Positions 10,813 through 19,993 of a stretch of DNA of 64,000 nt are shown in pieces. Source of the stretch: Burkholderiales bacterium (GTDB taxonomy: Bacteria > Pseudomonadota > Gammaproteobacteria > Burkholderiales > UBA11063). The stretch spans positions 15,826-79,825 of the forward strand of contig JAGOUD010000001.1 of assembly GCA_018061465.1 (NCBI GenBank), written 5' to 3'. A program made the translations under genes and the position numbers. Within the stretch, counting starts at the first letter, position 1. Every line of letters starts with the position of its first letter. Under the pieces are notes generated by a model. That model ran no database searches, had not been told where the DNA came from, and saw nothing but the letters and a program-made list of their open reading frames with translations.

Positions 10813-11004
10813 ATGAAAGTATTCAAATGGGAAAACCAAAAGGTACGATTCAGAAAAATAAGTTTGACCAAGATGTTTCTTAGAATCAAAGAATTGCTTG
10901 CTCTGGGTTTATCTGTAAGGAAAATAGCTAATTACTTAGGTTATAGTAATCGTATGGGGCTTAGTAACTATATTAATAAATGTAATATAAGGGAATCTAA
11001 ATGA
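10813..11004 (+). pseudogene. C-terminal remnant of a serine resolvase/invertase (frameshifted, catalytic domain absent)
   Basis: One frame gives MGKPKGTIQKNKFDQDV (10827-10877), the next gives LRIKELLALGLSVRKIANYLGY; joined this is the typical resolvase GKPKG..KFD..IKELL..G.S.RKIA HTH tail. Confidence 0.6.
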
Positions 11005-11642
11005 AAAAAGTTTTTTGGGATAATCCATACCAAACAACTCTAACCACTAAAGTTATCTCAGTTATTAATAATATTATTTTGTTAGAAGAAACCATTGCAT
11101 TTTCATTTTCAGGTGGTCAGGAAAGCGGTAGTGGAACTATTAATGGTTTCAAAATATTAGATTCAAAAATTGAAAATAAACTTATTTACTATACCATAGA
11201 TAGAAATCATAATTTAAACCCTAGTGATACAGTAATTATGAATATAGACTGGGAACGTAGATACAAATTGATGCGACTCCATTTTGCAGCAGAACTAATT
11301 CTTGAATTGGTAACCAAAAAGTTGCAAATTGAAAAAATTGGAGCACACATTGCCGCAGATAAGGCCAGGATTGATTTTATTTACGATAAAAATATTTCTA
11401 TAGTGTTTGCTGAAATATTAGCAGAATATAATGAAATTATTGCCAGGGATGCAGTTATTAAAACAGGATTTACTGATATTGATGCTCAAAGGAGATATTG
11501 GGAAATCGATGGTTTATCCAAAGTAGCATGTGGTGGCACACATGTTAGGTCTACTGCGGAGGTAGGATATATTACACTTAAGCGAGTAAACGTTGGTAAA
11601 TCAAAAGAGCGAATTGAGTTGCGTTTAATGAGTAACAATTAA
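11001..11642 (+). CDS. alaX: AlaX-family trans-editing aminoacyl-tRNA deacylase
   Basis: MKKVFWDNPY, TIAFSFSGGQES, MRLHFAAEL (HxxxE variant of the zinc motif), ACGGTHV. Confidence 0.85.
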   Translation: MKKVFWDNPYQTTLTTKVISVINNIILLEETIAFSFSGGQESGSGTINGFKILDSKIENKLIYYTIDRNHNLNPSDTVIMNIDWERRYKLMRLHFAAELILELVTKKLQIEKIGAHIAADKARIDFIYDKNISIVFAEILAEYNEIIARDAVIKTGFTDIDAQRRYWEIDGLSKVACGGTHVRSTAEVGYITLKRVNVGKSKERIELRLMSNN

Positions 11643-11665
11643 CTGGACATTAAGAGGAAGATTAT

Positions 11666-12214
11666 ATGTATGAAACTAAGCGCTTAATTTTGGGCGATTG
11701 GCAAGACAATGATATTGAACCATTTATACAGTTAAATAAAGATCCTAAAGTTATGGAATTTTTCCCGCATATATATAGTAAAGAAGACTCCACAGAAAGC
11801 GTTAAAATATTTAGAAAATCAATACAGCAATATGGCTATGGAATGTTTACTTGTAGGCTTAAAGCAAATGATGAATTTATTGGTTTTGTAGGCCTAATGC
11901 GTCGAGATATAGGATTTCAGTTTTCACCATGTGTTGAAATTGGTTGGAGAATTGCTTATCAATATTGGGGGCAAGGATTAGCTGTAGAAGCTGCTTATAA
12001 ATGCTTGGATATTGGATTTAATAAATTTAATTTAGATGAGATTGTCAGTTTTACGGCATCAATTAATAAAAGATCTGAACGCGTAATGCAAAAGCTTGGA
12101 ATGCAGCGAGATTATGCTCATGATTTTTATCATCCAAAATTAGACTCCAATCATCCATTAGCACGGCACATATTATATAGATTGGGTAAAAATAATTTTA
12201 TTAAGAAAACTTAA
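11666..12214 (+). CDS. GNAT N-acetyltransferase, RimJ/RimL family
   Basis: ETKRLIL..W, DPKVMEFF, FIGFVGL, VEIGWR...YWGQGLAVEAA, NKRSERVMQKLGM. Confidence 0.9.
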   Translation: MYETKRLILGDWQDNDIEPFIQLNKDPKVMEFFPHIYSKEDSTESVKIFRKSIQQYGYGMFTCRLKANDEFIGFVGLMRRDIGFQFSPCVEIGWRIAYQYWGQGLAVEAAYKCLDIGFNKFNLDEIVSFTASINKRSERVMQKLGMQRDYAHDFYHPKLDSNHPLARHILYRLGKNNFIKKT

Positions 12215-12635
12215 AGAAAATTATTTATTCAGACAACTCAGCGTTTCGACGGTTCCAGATTCTAACCTCTTTATCCCAGCTCATATAATCTAAATCTCTA
12301 TAATTAGTAATATCAAATAGTATTATAAAATAAAAATTATTTATTTTATATATAATATAAAAGCATGCTAAAATAAAAATATTGGGACCTCGATGGTATG
12401 CTTTTAAATACCCGTGATTTATAAATTTAATTTATAAGACATGTAATAGTTAACTCAATCTCTTTATCCGGCCTACTATCATCTTTAATGTAGCTTATCT
12501 ACGGTGCACTAAGGAATGTAAGCTTTATTCCGATTTTTTAGATTTATACCCCTAGTCTCAAGATTGGTTTACCAAATTAGAACAATTCGCAGCAAGCTAC
12601 GTGGAATTTACCACAAGAAATTAAAATTATAGCTA

Positions 12636-14261
12636 CTACAATATATGCCAACTACCACTTTTAGTTGATCCAATTCTCTTTAACTTCCCAGCTTCTTTTA
12701 ACAAAGCGATATTTTTTTCAACTGCCCTAATAGTAATGCCTAGTTCGGTAGCAATTAGTTTAGCTGTAATCCTAGGGTTATTTTTCATTAATTCTAAAAT
12801 TTGTACCGAACTTTGTACCGAACTTTGTACCGAACTTTGTACCGAACTTTGTACCGAACCCTCCTCCAATATGCTTTCTGTACTATGTACCTTACTTGAA
12901 ATATATGCGCTTAAACTACCTACGCTGGGAAACCTAGATATATCGGAAGTATTAACAAAGCTAAACTGAGATTGTAATTGAACTGCTAACTTTTCTATTG
13001 ATACTCCACTGCCTCCTAATTTCAAAAATTGGCTTTCTTTATTAATCTTATCTATCGGCACACTTAACACTTCAGAGTATTTTTTAATCACATATTGCTC
13101 CACTTTTGGTAATATTGCTCGATAGAAATATAATCTAAACATGCCATTTTCTGAGGTAAATTGTGGAAGCGGATGATTATAGTGAAGCAGCTCTTCTGTT
13201 ATTCGATTAGTGCCGCTCCCCCATTTTTCAATTAAACCAGCATAAAAGAATGCTTGAGCTATAATCTTATTTCGTGGTACAGAATTGTGTGAAACAAATA
13301 GCATTTCTGTAGTTAATCCAATTGGTAACCCACCATCATTCCAAAATTCTAATCTATCATCATATAATCTAACCTGGCTATGCGCTAATCCTTTATAATC
13401 TCTGTGACAAAGCAGATTTACTACAGCTTCACGTATTGCATCTAATGGATATTCCCATATAACATCCCGCTGTGGTTTACCTGTAATAACAAACTCCGTT
13501 TGTAATCGTTCTCTAAACCATCCAATAGTACCATCTAATTGTTCTAAAAGCGTTCCGTGTATCTCTCTATCATCTACAATCAATGTAGGTGTACGAAATC
13601 TCCCAAGTTTTAGGTATGCAGAACCAAAATATTTCTCCGGATTATTGCCAAATAATAATAAACTCGCTCTTGTAGGTTTATACTCAATAATTAAATTAAT
13701 TTTTTGCAAAAAATCTAAATCAGAAACATTTTTAGGGATAGGGTGCCTACCTGTATTCTTTACCATATTAACAAATTCACTAATTTTATTTGTGTTCAAA
13801 TCATTTAAAGTCGAAGTTAACTCAATACATGAATCCCAGCTGAACCCATTACTTAAACTCAACCGGTGCATAATTTCATCATTACTCATCCGCTGGTTAG
13901 TTTTGCCAACACGCCTGAAATACCTGCCCCTAAAATTAACCAGGCTCAATGTTACTGGCTCAACAATTATAACCACAACTGATGTATGTTTATATTGCAT
14001 TGGTAAAATTGATATTTGAGGGCGAGGGTCAGTTGTATTTTTTATCTTTTCTGATATATCTTCAACCGTTTTCTTCCCTAAGTCGATCCCCACACATTTA
14101 CCTTGGTCATTAAATCCCAAGAGAACTACTCCCCCATTGGTATTTGCAAATGCTACAATAGTTTCCGCAGCTTCATCGTTAAAAGATGACTTAAATTCTA
14201 TTTTTTCTAACTCACCTAAGCTTAGTAATTTATCAATATCTACTGATGTAACTAGTTCCAT
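12636..14261 (-). CDS. AlbA_2 (Schlafen-like) + HATPase_c_4 (RecG C-terminal-like) + HTH protein with an inserted acyl-carrier-like domain
   Basis: GELEKIEFKSSF...ETIVAFANTNGGVVLLG (AlbA_2); YPLDAIREAVVNLLCHRDY, RNKIIAQAF...IEKWGSG (HATPase_c_4); C-terminal HTH ITAKLIATELG...GSTKSGSW. Confidence 0.85.
   Translation of the reverse strand: MELVTSVDIDKLLSLGELEKIEFKSSFNDEAAETIVAFANTNGGVVLLGFNDQGKCVGIDLGKKTVEDISEKIKNTTDPRPQISILPMQYKHTSVVVIIVEPVTLSLVNFRGRYFRRVGKTNQRMSNDEIMHRLSLSNGFSWDSCIELTSTLNDLNTNKISEFVNMVKNTGRHPIPKNVSDLDFLQKINLIIEYKPTRASLLLFGNNPEKYFGSAYLKLGRFRTPTLIVDDREIHGTLLEQLDGTIGWFRERLQTEFVITGKPQRDVIWEYPLDAIREAVVNLLCHRDYKGLAHSQVRLYDDRLEFWNDGGLPIGLTTEMLFVSHNSVPRNKIIAQAFFYAGLIEKWGSGTNRITEELLHYNHPLPQFTSENGMFRLYFYRAILPKVEQYVIKKYSEVLSVPIDKINKESQFLKLGGSGVSIEKLAVQLQSQFSFVNTSDISRFPSVGSLSAYISSKVHSTESILEEGSVQSSVQSSVQSSVQSSVQILELMKNNPRITAKLIATELGITIRAVEKNIALLKEAGKLKRIGSTKSGSWHIL
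12800..12859. repeat. 12-bp tandem repeat (TTTGTACCGAAC x5) encoding an SVQS linker
   Basis: Five consecutive units read directly; translates on the minus strand as SVQSSVQSSVQSSVQSSVQ. Confidence 0.95.
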
Positions 14262-14328
14262 TAATATGCCTTTATTCTTTTGCCGTGATATTTTATTGTG
14301 CTAACAACACCCATTTTAATTTACATTA

Positions 14329-14542
14329 TACTCATTTGAGTTAATTACGTAGTTAATATATAATGCTCAAATGTTTAAACTAACTATTTTTTAATTATTA
14401 GCGCTGTGCTAATGATCTTAATAATCATATTATTATAGTCTGCCTCAATATATCCCTTAGCCATTATAGGTTTTTACTATCGTCTTCAGTACATTACTTA
14501 AATGAGTTGCGTACTCAATTAGATAATTCACACAAATGAGTA
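14329..14542. repeat. Cluster of TACTCA-NN-TGAGTA-like palindromes downstream of the par operon (candidate centromere)
   Basis: TACTCA-TT-TGAGTT 14329-14342, TACTTA-AA-TGAGTT 14495-14508, CACACA-AA-TGAGTA 14529-14542 plus weaker copies. Confidence 0.45.
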
Positions 14543-14585
14543 AAGTACGCTATTAACTCTACTGTATATAATGCGCACAATTCAT

Positions 14586-14903
14586 TTATTTAATTAAAAA
14601 GAATTCTTTAGCTTTTTCTATTTCATCTTGCCTTGACTCAACATCCTTCCTAATTAATCGATTAATATACCTGGTAATATTTGTCCGGTCTTTATCCATC
14701 AAAATATTCATCGGCTCAAAAATATCCGCATCAATAAATAAGTTAATTCTCTGCTTCTTCAAGGGGGTAATTAAGTGCTCAGCGTTATCAAGTTGTTTAG
14801 ATTTAGCATTATCATTTGTATGGGCTGGTTCTATTTCATCTGGCTTTGTAATAAAATTCATTACAGCATCACTGCTTTGTTGTTTAAATGATTTTTTTGT
14901 CAT
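14586..14903 (-). CDS. Small partition partner (ParG/CopG-like RHH centromere-binding protein)
   Basis: 2 bp downstream of parA; disordered N-terminus then KKQRINLFIDADIFEPM...TNITRYINRLI RHH pattern. Confidence 0.7.
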   Translation of the reverse strand: MTKKSFKQQSSDAVMNFITKPDEIEPAHTNDNAKSKQLDNAEHLITPLKKQRINLFIDADIFEPMNILMDKDRTNITRYINRLIRKDVESRQDEIEKAKEFFLIK

Positions 14904-14905
14904 GT

Positions 14906-15661
14906 TTATTCAGCTCCTAGAAATTCTTCAACAAAATTAATATAATCAATTTGAGCATTTGCGTTTGGCTGGGATTTAAGAATATCTTCTTTATTTGCTT
15001 GCGCTTCACGAATACTTACGCTTTCCCGAATTCTAGTTTTATATACTTTTGAATTTAGCTGTTTAGCTGATTCATCAATCGTATCGCTGAAATCTTGAGC
15101 TAACCTTGTTCTCTGTTTATGTTTTGTTAATAAAATTCCATCAATTTTTAGTTTAGGGTTGCAATGCTTAATAACCAGATTAACAGTATTAATTAACTGA
15201 CCTAGACCTTGAGTACTTAACATATCTGCTTCCATAGGAATCAGTATTTTATCGGACGCAGTAAATGCATTAACCGTCAAAATCCCTAACGCTGGTGGAG
15301 TGTCTATTAAAATATAATCATATTTTTCTTTTATTTCAGAAATGGCAGACTTTAATAATGATTCTCTACCTGTTTGACTAAACTCTAAATCTGCTGCTGC
15401 TAAAAATAAAGTAGCTGGAATTATGTTAATATTTAAACACGTTTTTTGTATGGCATTATTAACATTTTCTTTGCCCTTAAGTACATCGTAAATAGATAAT
15501 TCACCTAATTTAGCTCCGCTTACCAAAGATAAACTATATTGAGGATCTAAGTCAATTAGAAGAACTTTAAAGCCCTTTTGCATTAAACCAGAAGCCATTG
15601 CTTGAGTAGTGGTAGTTTTACCTATGCCACCCTTTTGATTGCTAATAGAAATTATCTGCAC
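14906..15661 (-). CDS. parA: ParA/Soj-family partition ATPase (type Ib, no N-terminal HTH)
   Basis: Deviant Walker A NQKGGIGKTTT, VLLIDLDPQ, YDYILIDTPPALG, IRESVSIREAQ; GTG start. Confidence 0.95.
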   Translation of the reverse strand: MQIISISNQKGGIGKTTTTQAMASGLMQKGFKVLLIDLDPQYSLSLVSGAKLGELSIYDVLKGKENVNNAIQKTCLNINIIPATLFLAAADLEFSQTGRESLLKSAISEIKEKYDYILIDTPPALGILTVNAFTASDKILIPMEADMLSTQGLGQLINTVNLVIKHCNPKLKIDGILLTKHKQRTRLAQDFSDTIDESAKQLNSKVYKTRIRESVSIREAQANKEDILKSQPNANAQIDYINFVEEFLGAE

Positions 15662-15696
15662 TTGTTTTCTCCAAGAAATTAATTTTATACATTACC

Positions 15697-15900
15697 GACT
15701 CACCTGAGTAAGTTGCACACTCTACACATAACGCTCAAAAGAGCAAGTTACTTATTATACACGAATACATAAAGGAGTACAGTGATAATTTACCAATTTG
15801 CGTAGTTTATGTTTTTTATGTGTAATGCTCAACAATGTATTAGATGGTTTTAGCGTATCATACTCATATGAGCAGATAACTTGTATTGCTCATATATGTA
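15697..15900. promoter_or_regulatory. Second cluster of TACTCA-NN-TGAGYA palindromes upstream of parA (operator/centromere)
   Basis: GACTCA-CC-TGAGTA 15697-15710, CGCTCA-AA-AGAGCA 15732-15745, TACTCA-TA-TGAGCA 15861-15874, TGCTCA-TA-TATGTA 15887-15900. Confidence 0.5.
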
Positions 15901-16324
15901 ATATATGTATCCTTTTATAATAGTACTATAGCCATAACCATTCAAAAAATCATAATAAATCAGCAAAATTAACAATTCTGGTAAAGTACATCTACTTCTA
16001 TATCTCTGAATTACTTTTTTATAATTTTAATAGAATATTGTTGTTGCTTAAATTCCATAATAAGCTAATTTGTTAATAATTTTATTTAAATTATTGTTTA
16101 ACCATCACTTACCTTATATCTATCCAGTATAAACTTATCATTGTATTTCAAGCTTATACCGAGTAATTGTGGAGTAACGGAAATAAGTTGTTAATAAAAT
16201 GGTGGGGAGGTAGCATAGCGTTAGCTGTACATATTTTATTAATGGCTTATTCTGTGATTTTAGTTTTAACTAAAAAATACATAGTTAACGAACCTGATTA
16301 TTTCAAAAATCCCATTAAAAAATC

Positions 16325-16377
16325 CAAAATCCCTTAAATGACATAATAGCACCTCTATTAGTTCATACTAAAATTCG
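16325..16377 (+). promoter_or_regulatory. Conserved promoter/activator element upstream of the pil operon
   Basis: CAAAATCCCTTAAATGACATAATA (16325-16348) and ATACTAAAATTCG (16365-16377) recur identically with the same spacing at 51771-51823. Confidence 0.75.
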
Positions 16378-16466
16378 TCTGCAAGCTTAAAAATTAACTA
16401 ATATATATAACCATAAAACTTAACGCAACATATAAAGATTATTTAAAAGATATAAAAGGGAATTAA

Positions 16467-17117
16467 ATGAGTCTATATTTACATCCTTATGCAGATTCAA
16501 TGTTCATATGTATGACAAATTATTCACAATTCTGTCCAGAATTAGCTATAACGGATCCTGTAGCAACAACTGAACAACTAATGAATGCACTAATACTCAA
16601 TAATATAGATAACATAACTAATGGGATAAGCGGAGTAGTTAAAGCAAAGCATCTCTATAATCAATATAAAGACAGGATGGACATATTAGAATTAGCTGAA
16701 TTGATATGCTTAAAAATTTCAAAAGGTGGGGTGTACCTAAAACCATATGCATATGCAGCAAAAATTAATAGAGCATACATACCACAGAGAACTTTTGAAA
16801 GCTATGCCCAAAAACAACATTTTATAAATTTAGAATTCTCAACTAATTATATGCTGAAATTTGATGGGCATATAATTACTTATCAACCCACATTTCTGGT
16901 AGCAATTGAAGAATTAATGTTTAAACGAGAAAATAACTATTGTCATAATCCATCTGACTCATTAATATATGAAATCATACAGCCCCGCTGTGACGAACTT
17001 CGTGCAGATTCGCGAGAAATTATATTTAAAGAATTAAATAAATTTAGTAGTGAGTATGAAAAAATCTTAAATAAAAATAATACAGTAAATCAACAAATTC
17101 TAGATACTCACCATTAA
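16467..17117 (+). CDS. Hypothetical protein, first gene of the pil operon
   Basis: 216-aa ATG ORF preceded by AAAAGGGAA; no family recognised. Confidence 0.6.
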   Translation: MSLYLHPYADSMFICMTNYSQFCPELAITDPVATTEQLMNALILNNIDNITNGISGVVKAKHLYNQYKDRMDILELAELICLKISKGGVYLKPYAYAAKINRAYIPQRTFESYAQKQHFINLEFSTNYMLKFDGHIITYQPTFLVAIEELMFKRENNYCHNPSDSLIYEIIQPRCDELRADSREIIFKELNKFSSEYEKILNKNNTVNQQILDTHH

Positions 17118-17130
17118 TTAAAGGCTAATT

Positions 17131-17658
17131 ATGTTTAATAAATTTAAATCGCTAAAGAATAGAGATGAACCTACCATATTTCCTAATCTTAAGGATAAGG
17201 ATATTCTTAATTTAAATGGAGGAAATGACAATGTGGTTATCCAAATGCAACCCGATAAATCGCATAAATCATCTGCTAACCAGCTGCATAATGATGAAGC
17301 ATTACTTAAAGCATTATCAAATGAAATAATACTCCAAAAAATTGCTAATGTAATAATAAATGACCACCGTTTTATTCAGTGGCTGACAATTTCGGTAGAG
17401 GAATCAATTTTAAAAACCCTAGAGATGAAATATGATCTTACACCTACAGATAAACTTAAAAAATACATTGAAGATAACAGCAACGAATTAATACGCATAA
17501 ATGCAGCATTAGAAGATAAAACCACTAAACTGACTATTGTAGAAAATAAAATTACTGAGGCATTACAAAATATCGCACCACAAGTTAATAAAATGTTAAC
17601 TGATGTTGCGCAATCAATCTTGCATAACATTGGCACCAATATAAATAGTGAAAAATAG
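17131..17658 (+). CDS. Hypothetical protein (coiled-coil) in the pil operon
   Basis: 175-aa ORF tightly packed between 16467 ORF and pilL. Confidence 0.6.
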   Translation: MFNKFKSLKNRDEPTIFPNLKDKDILNLNGGNDNVVIQMQPDKSHKSSANQLHNDEALLKALSNEIILQKIANVIINDHRFIQWLTISVEESILKTLEMKYDLTPTDKLKKYIEDNSNELIRINAALEDKTTKLTIVENKITEALQNIAPQVNKMLTDVAQSILHNIGTNINSEK

Positions 17659-17666
17659 AGAAATTT

Positions 17667-18380
17667 ATGAAAAAAATAAAATATCTAATTATTAATATTC
17701 TTTTATGCATTATTATAGGCTATAGTTTTGCAGATAGCTTATATAATAATTTAGACTTTTCATCAATTAATGCTGATTCTTCAATAATGAGCAATAACTA
17801 TTCAGTAAATAAAATTTTTTCAAATTTTAGCCAAGTTATAGCTACCTTAAATAAACTAGGAGCAACAACTAAAATTATTAATCAACCGGAAAATGAGCCT
17901 ACCAACATAACTATAATGTCTAATAGAACCGTCAAAGATTTTATAGATATTGCATCAATAAAATTTGGATACAAGTGGATTTTAACAAATAATACGGTTA
18001 TTTTTACTCCGGCTAACCCTCAATCAAAAGTCCATAAACCATTATCTGTAACATCATGTAATCCCACTAATCCTTTAACCCAAACGGCGGTATCAAGCCC
18101 ATATTACGCCACTCCAATGGTACCACTATGGGTTATTAGTACAGAAGATAAAACCTTACGCAATGCACTTACCAAATGGTGCAAACAGTCTGGCTGGCAA
18201 TTAGTATGGAATGCTAAAGCTAATTATCCTATTGATAGCACCTGGAGAGTAGAAGGCGGCTTTGAAAGTGCAGTTAATCAAGTACTAAAGGCAACACAAT
18301 ATGCAGAAGTACCTTTAATAGCAACCATGTATGATAGCAATCATGTACTTGAAATTCGTTCTCAAGAAGTTAGCAGGTAA
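17667..18380 (+). CDS. pilL: PilL-like type IVb pilus protein with C-terminal TcpQ domain
   Basis: Signal peptide; WVISTEDKTLRNALTKWCKQSGWQLVWNAKANYPID...GGFESAVNQVL TcpQ pattern; precedes the secretin. Confidence 0.75.
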   Translation: MKKIKYLIINILLCIIIGYSFADSLYNNLDFSSINADSSIMSNNYSVNKIFSNFSQVIATLNKLGATTKIINQPENEPTNITIMSNRTVKDFIDIASIKFGYKWILTNNTVIFTPANPQSKVHKPLSVTSCNPTNPLTQTAVSSPYYATPMVPLWVISTEDKTLRNALTKWCKQSGWQLVWNAKANYPIDSTWRVEGGFESAVNQVLKATQYAEVPLIATMYDSNHVLEIRSQEVSR

Positions 18381-18382
18381 CA

Positions 18383-19993
18383 ATGAAAAAATCAAAATTC
18401 ACCAGATTAATATTAGCTATTCTCATATGTGAGAACATGGCTTCTTGTGGAATTACTTCATTGCCTAAAGATGTCCGCCAATCAATTGATCAAAATGAAT
18501 CCTCGATTGCTACAATAAATAATAAGTTGGTGAATTCAAAATCAATTAATCAGGAGAACTTTATTCACCATGCAGCTACTGGATATTTAAGTAGCCAGGC
18601 TATTATTCAAAATAATACTGATTATCTACCTCCGGTATTTAATAACATGATTCAAATTGATAAACAATTTTTTGGTTTAAGAAGTATTGCCAGCACTATT
18701 ACAGACTTAACTAGATTACCTACTGTAATAGATGTTAATTCATTCGATATGAATAGTACATGTAACGATATACGGATTACGCAACAAAGTGGTAGCTTAA
18801 TAGATTTATTAAATTTAATTGGTGCTAGATGCGATTTAGGTTGGAGCTATAGGGACGGAAAATTAATTTTGGCGGACACTGAAACCAAAACCTGGATAGT
18901 TAAAAATATTCCGGGGGATATACAGGTACAAAATCAGGTTAATAGTAATTCTGGAATGCAATCTCAATCTGGAGGGGGTAGTGGATCAACCGGAGGTGGT
19001 GGCCAGTCACAAGCGCAGTCTCAACAAAACTCTATTCAGAATGTAGCATTCAATTTACAAAATAGTTTATGGAATAACTTAAAGGAAGGAATTGATAATA
19101 TTAAATCTAAAAATGGTAAATTTAATATTAGCCCATCTACCTCATCAGTAACTGTGACTGATAAACCATCTGTATTATTACGAATAGACCGCTATATGAA
19201 AAACCAGAATGAGATTATGAGTCGTCAGGTGCAGATTGATATTCAAATTTTAAATGTGGATGTTGATGCTACGGATAATTACGGAATAAATTGGGGTTTG
19301 GTATTTCAAGGCTCTGATGTAGGCTTTAGCATAAATGGACAGGCAGTTAGTCAGGGAGCAACTGGAACCGCAAGTGGTTTTACGCCCTCTCCAGTATTTG
19401 TACCCACAGCTACTACTCAGGCATTTACAGTAACAGCTAATTCAGGAAACTTAAGTGGCAGTCAGTTAATAATTAATGCTCTAAGTACTATTGCTAAAAC
19501 TTCCTTGGTTACTAGTACGGCAGTAACTACGTTATCTAATCAGCCGGTACCTGTACAATTCGTTGACCAGCAAGGTTATTTAGCCTCAGTAACAACTACC
19601 CAAACAAGCAATGTAGGCAGTCAAACTGCTTTAACACCTGGGCAAATTACTACTGGCTTTACACTAAATGTATTGCCTGTAATTCAAGGTAATGGCTCAG
19701 TGTATATGCAGTTATCAATTAACTTATCGGCGCTTAAGCAGATAAGCCAATATTCTTCCAATGGTTCAAGCATTCAGCTACCTGAAACCTTGCAGCGCAA
19801 TTTAATGGAGAAGGCGGTAGTACATTCTGGTGATTGTTTTGTTTTAGTTGGTTATGATTCAGATGCTCAGGCAATTACTAATAGTGGGGTAGGTAGTGCT
19901 TATAACTGGTTATTGGGAGGGGGAGTAAGTGCTCAAAAAGCTAGAACTCGTATGGTAATTTTAGTAACACCTAGGGTAATAAATAATGCATGA
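18383..19993 (+). CDS. pilN: PilN-family type IVb secretin (lipoprotein)
   Basis: Lipobox-like MASC; Ser/Gly-rich N3 loop; TVTDKPSVL, SRQVQIDIQIL, TTLSNQPVPVQ, QITTGFTLNVLP. Confidence 0.9.
   Translation: MKKSKFTRLILAILICENMASCGITSLPKDVRQSIDQNESSIATINNKLVNSKSINQENFIHHAATGYLSSQAIIQNNTDYLPPVFNNMIQIDKQFFGLRSIASTITDLTRLPTVIDVNSFDMNSTCNDIRITQQSGSLIDLLNLIGARCDLGWSYRDGKLILADTETKTWIVKNIPGDIQVQNQVNSNSGMQSQSGGGSGSTGGGGQSQAQSQQNSIQNVAFNLQNSLWNNLKEGIDNIKSKNGKFNISPSTSSVTVTDKPSVLLRIDRYMKNQNEIMSRQVQIDIQILNVDVDATDNYGINWGLVFQGSDVGFSINGQAVSQGATGTASGFTPSPVFVPTATTQAFTVTANSGNLSGSQLIINALSTIAKTSLVTSTAVTTLSNQPVPVQFVDQQGYLASVTTTQTSNVGSQTALTPGQITTGFTLNVLPVIQGNGSVYMQLSINLSALKQISQYSSNGSSIQLPETLQRNLMEKAVVHSGDCFVLVGYDSDAQAITNSGVGSAYNWLLGGGVSAQKARTRMVILVTPRVINNA

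Noticed and set aside
12365-12420. WDLDGMLLNT, resembling HAD-hydrolase motif I
   Set aside because: Only ~15 codons, flanked by stops; at most a tiny remnant, not supportable as a gene
12736-12969. Plus-strand ORF with CTELCTEL repeats (metal-binding peptide?)
   Set aside because: Antisense shadow of the SVQS linker; short tetrapeptide repeats before the HTH are common in this protein family
14586-14903. Antitoxin of a toxin-antitoxin pair
   Set aside because: No adjacent toxin; coupling to parA and flanking palindromes fit a partition protein
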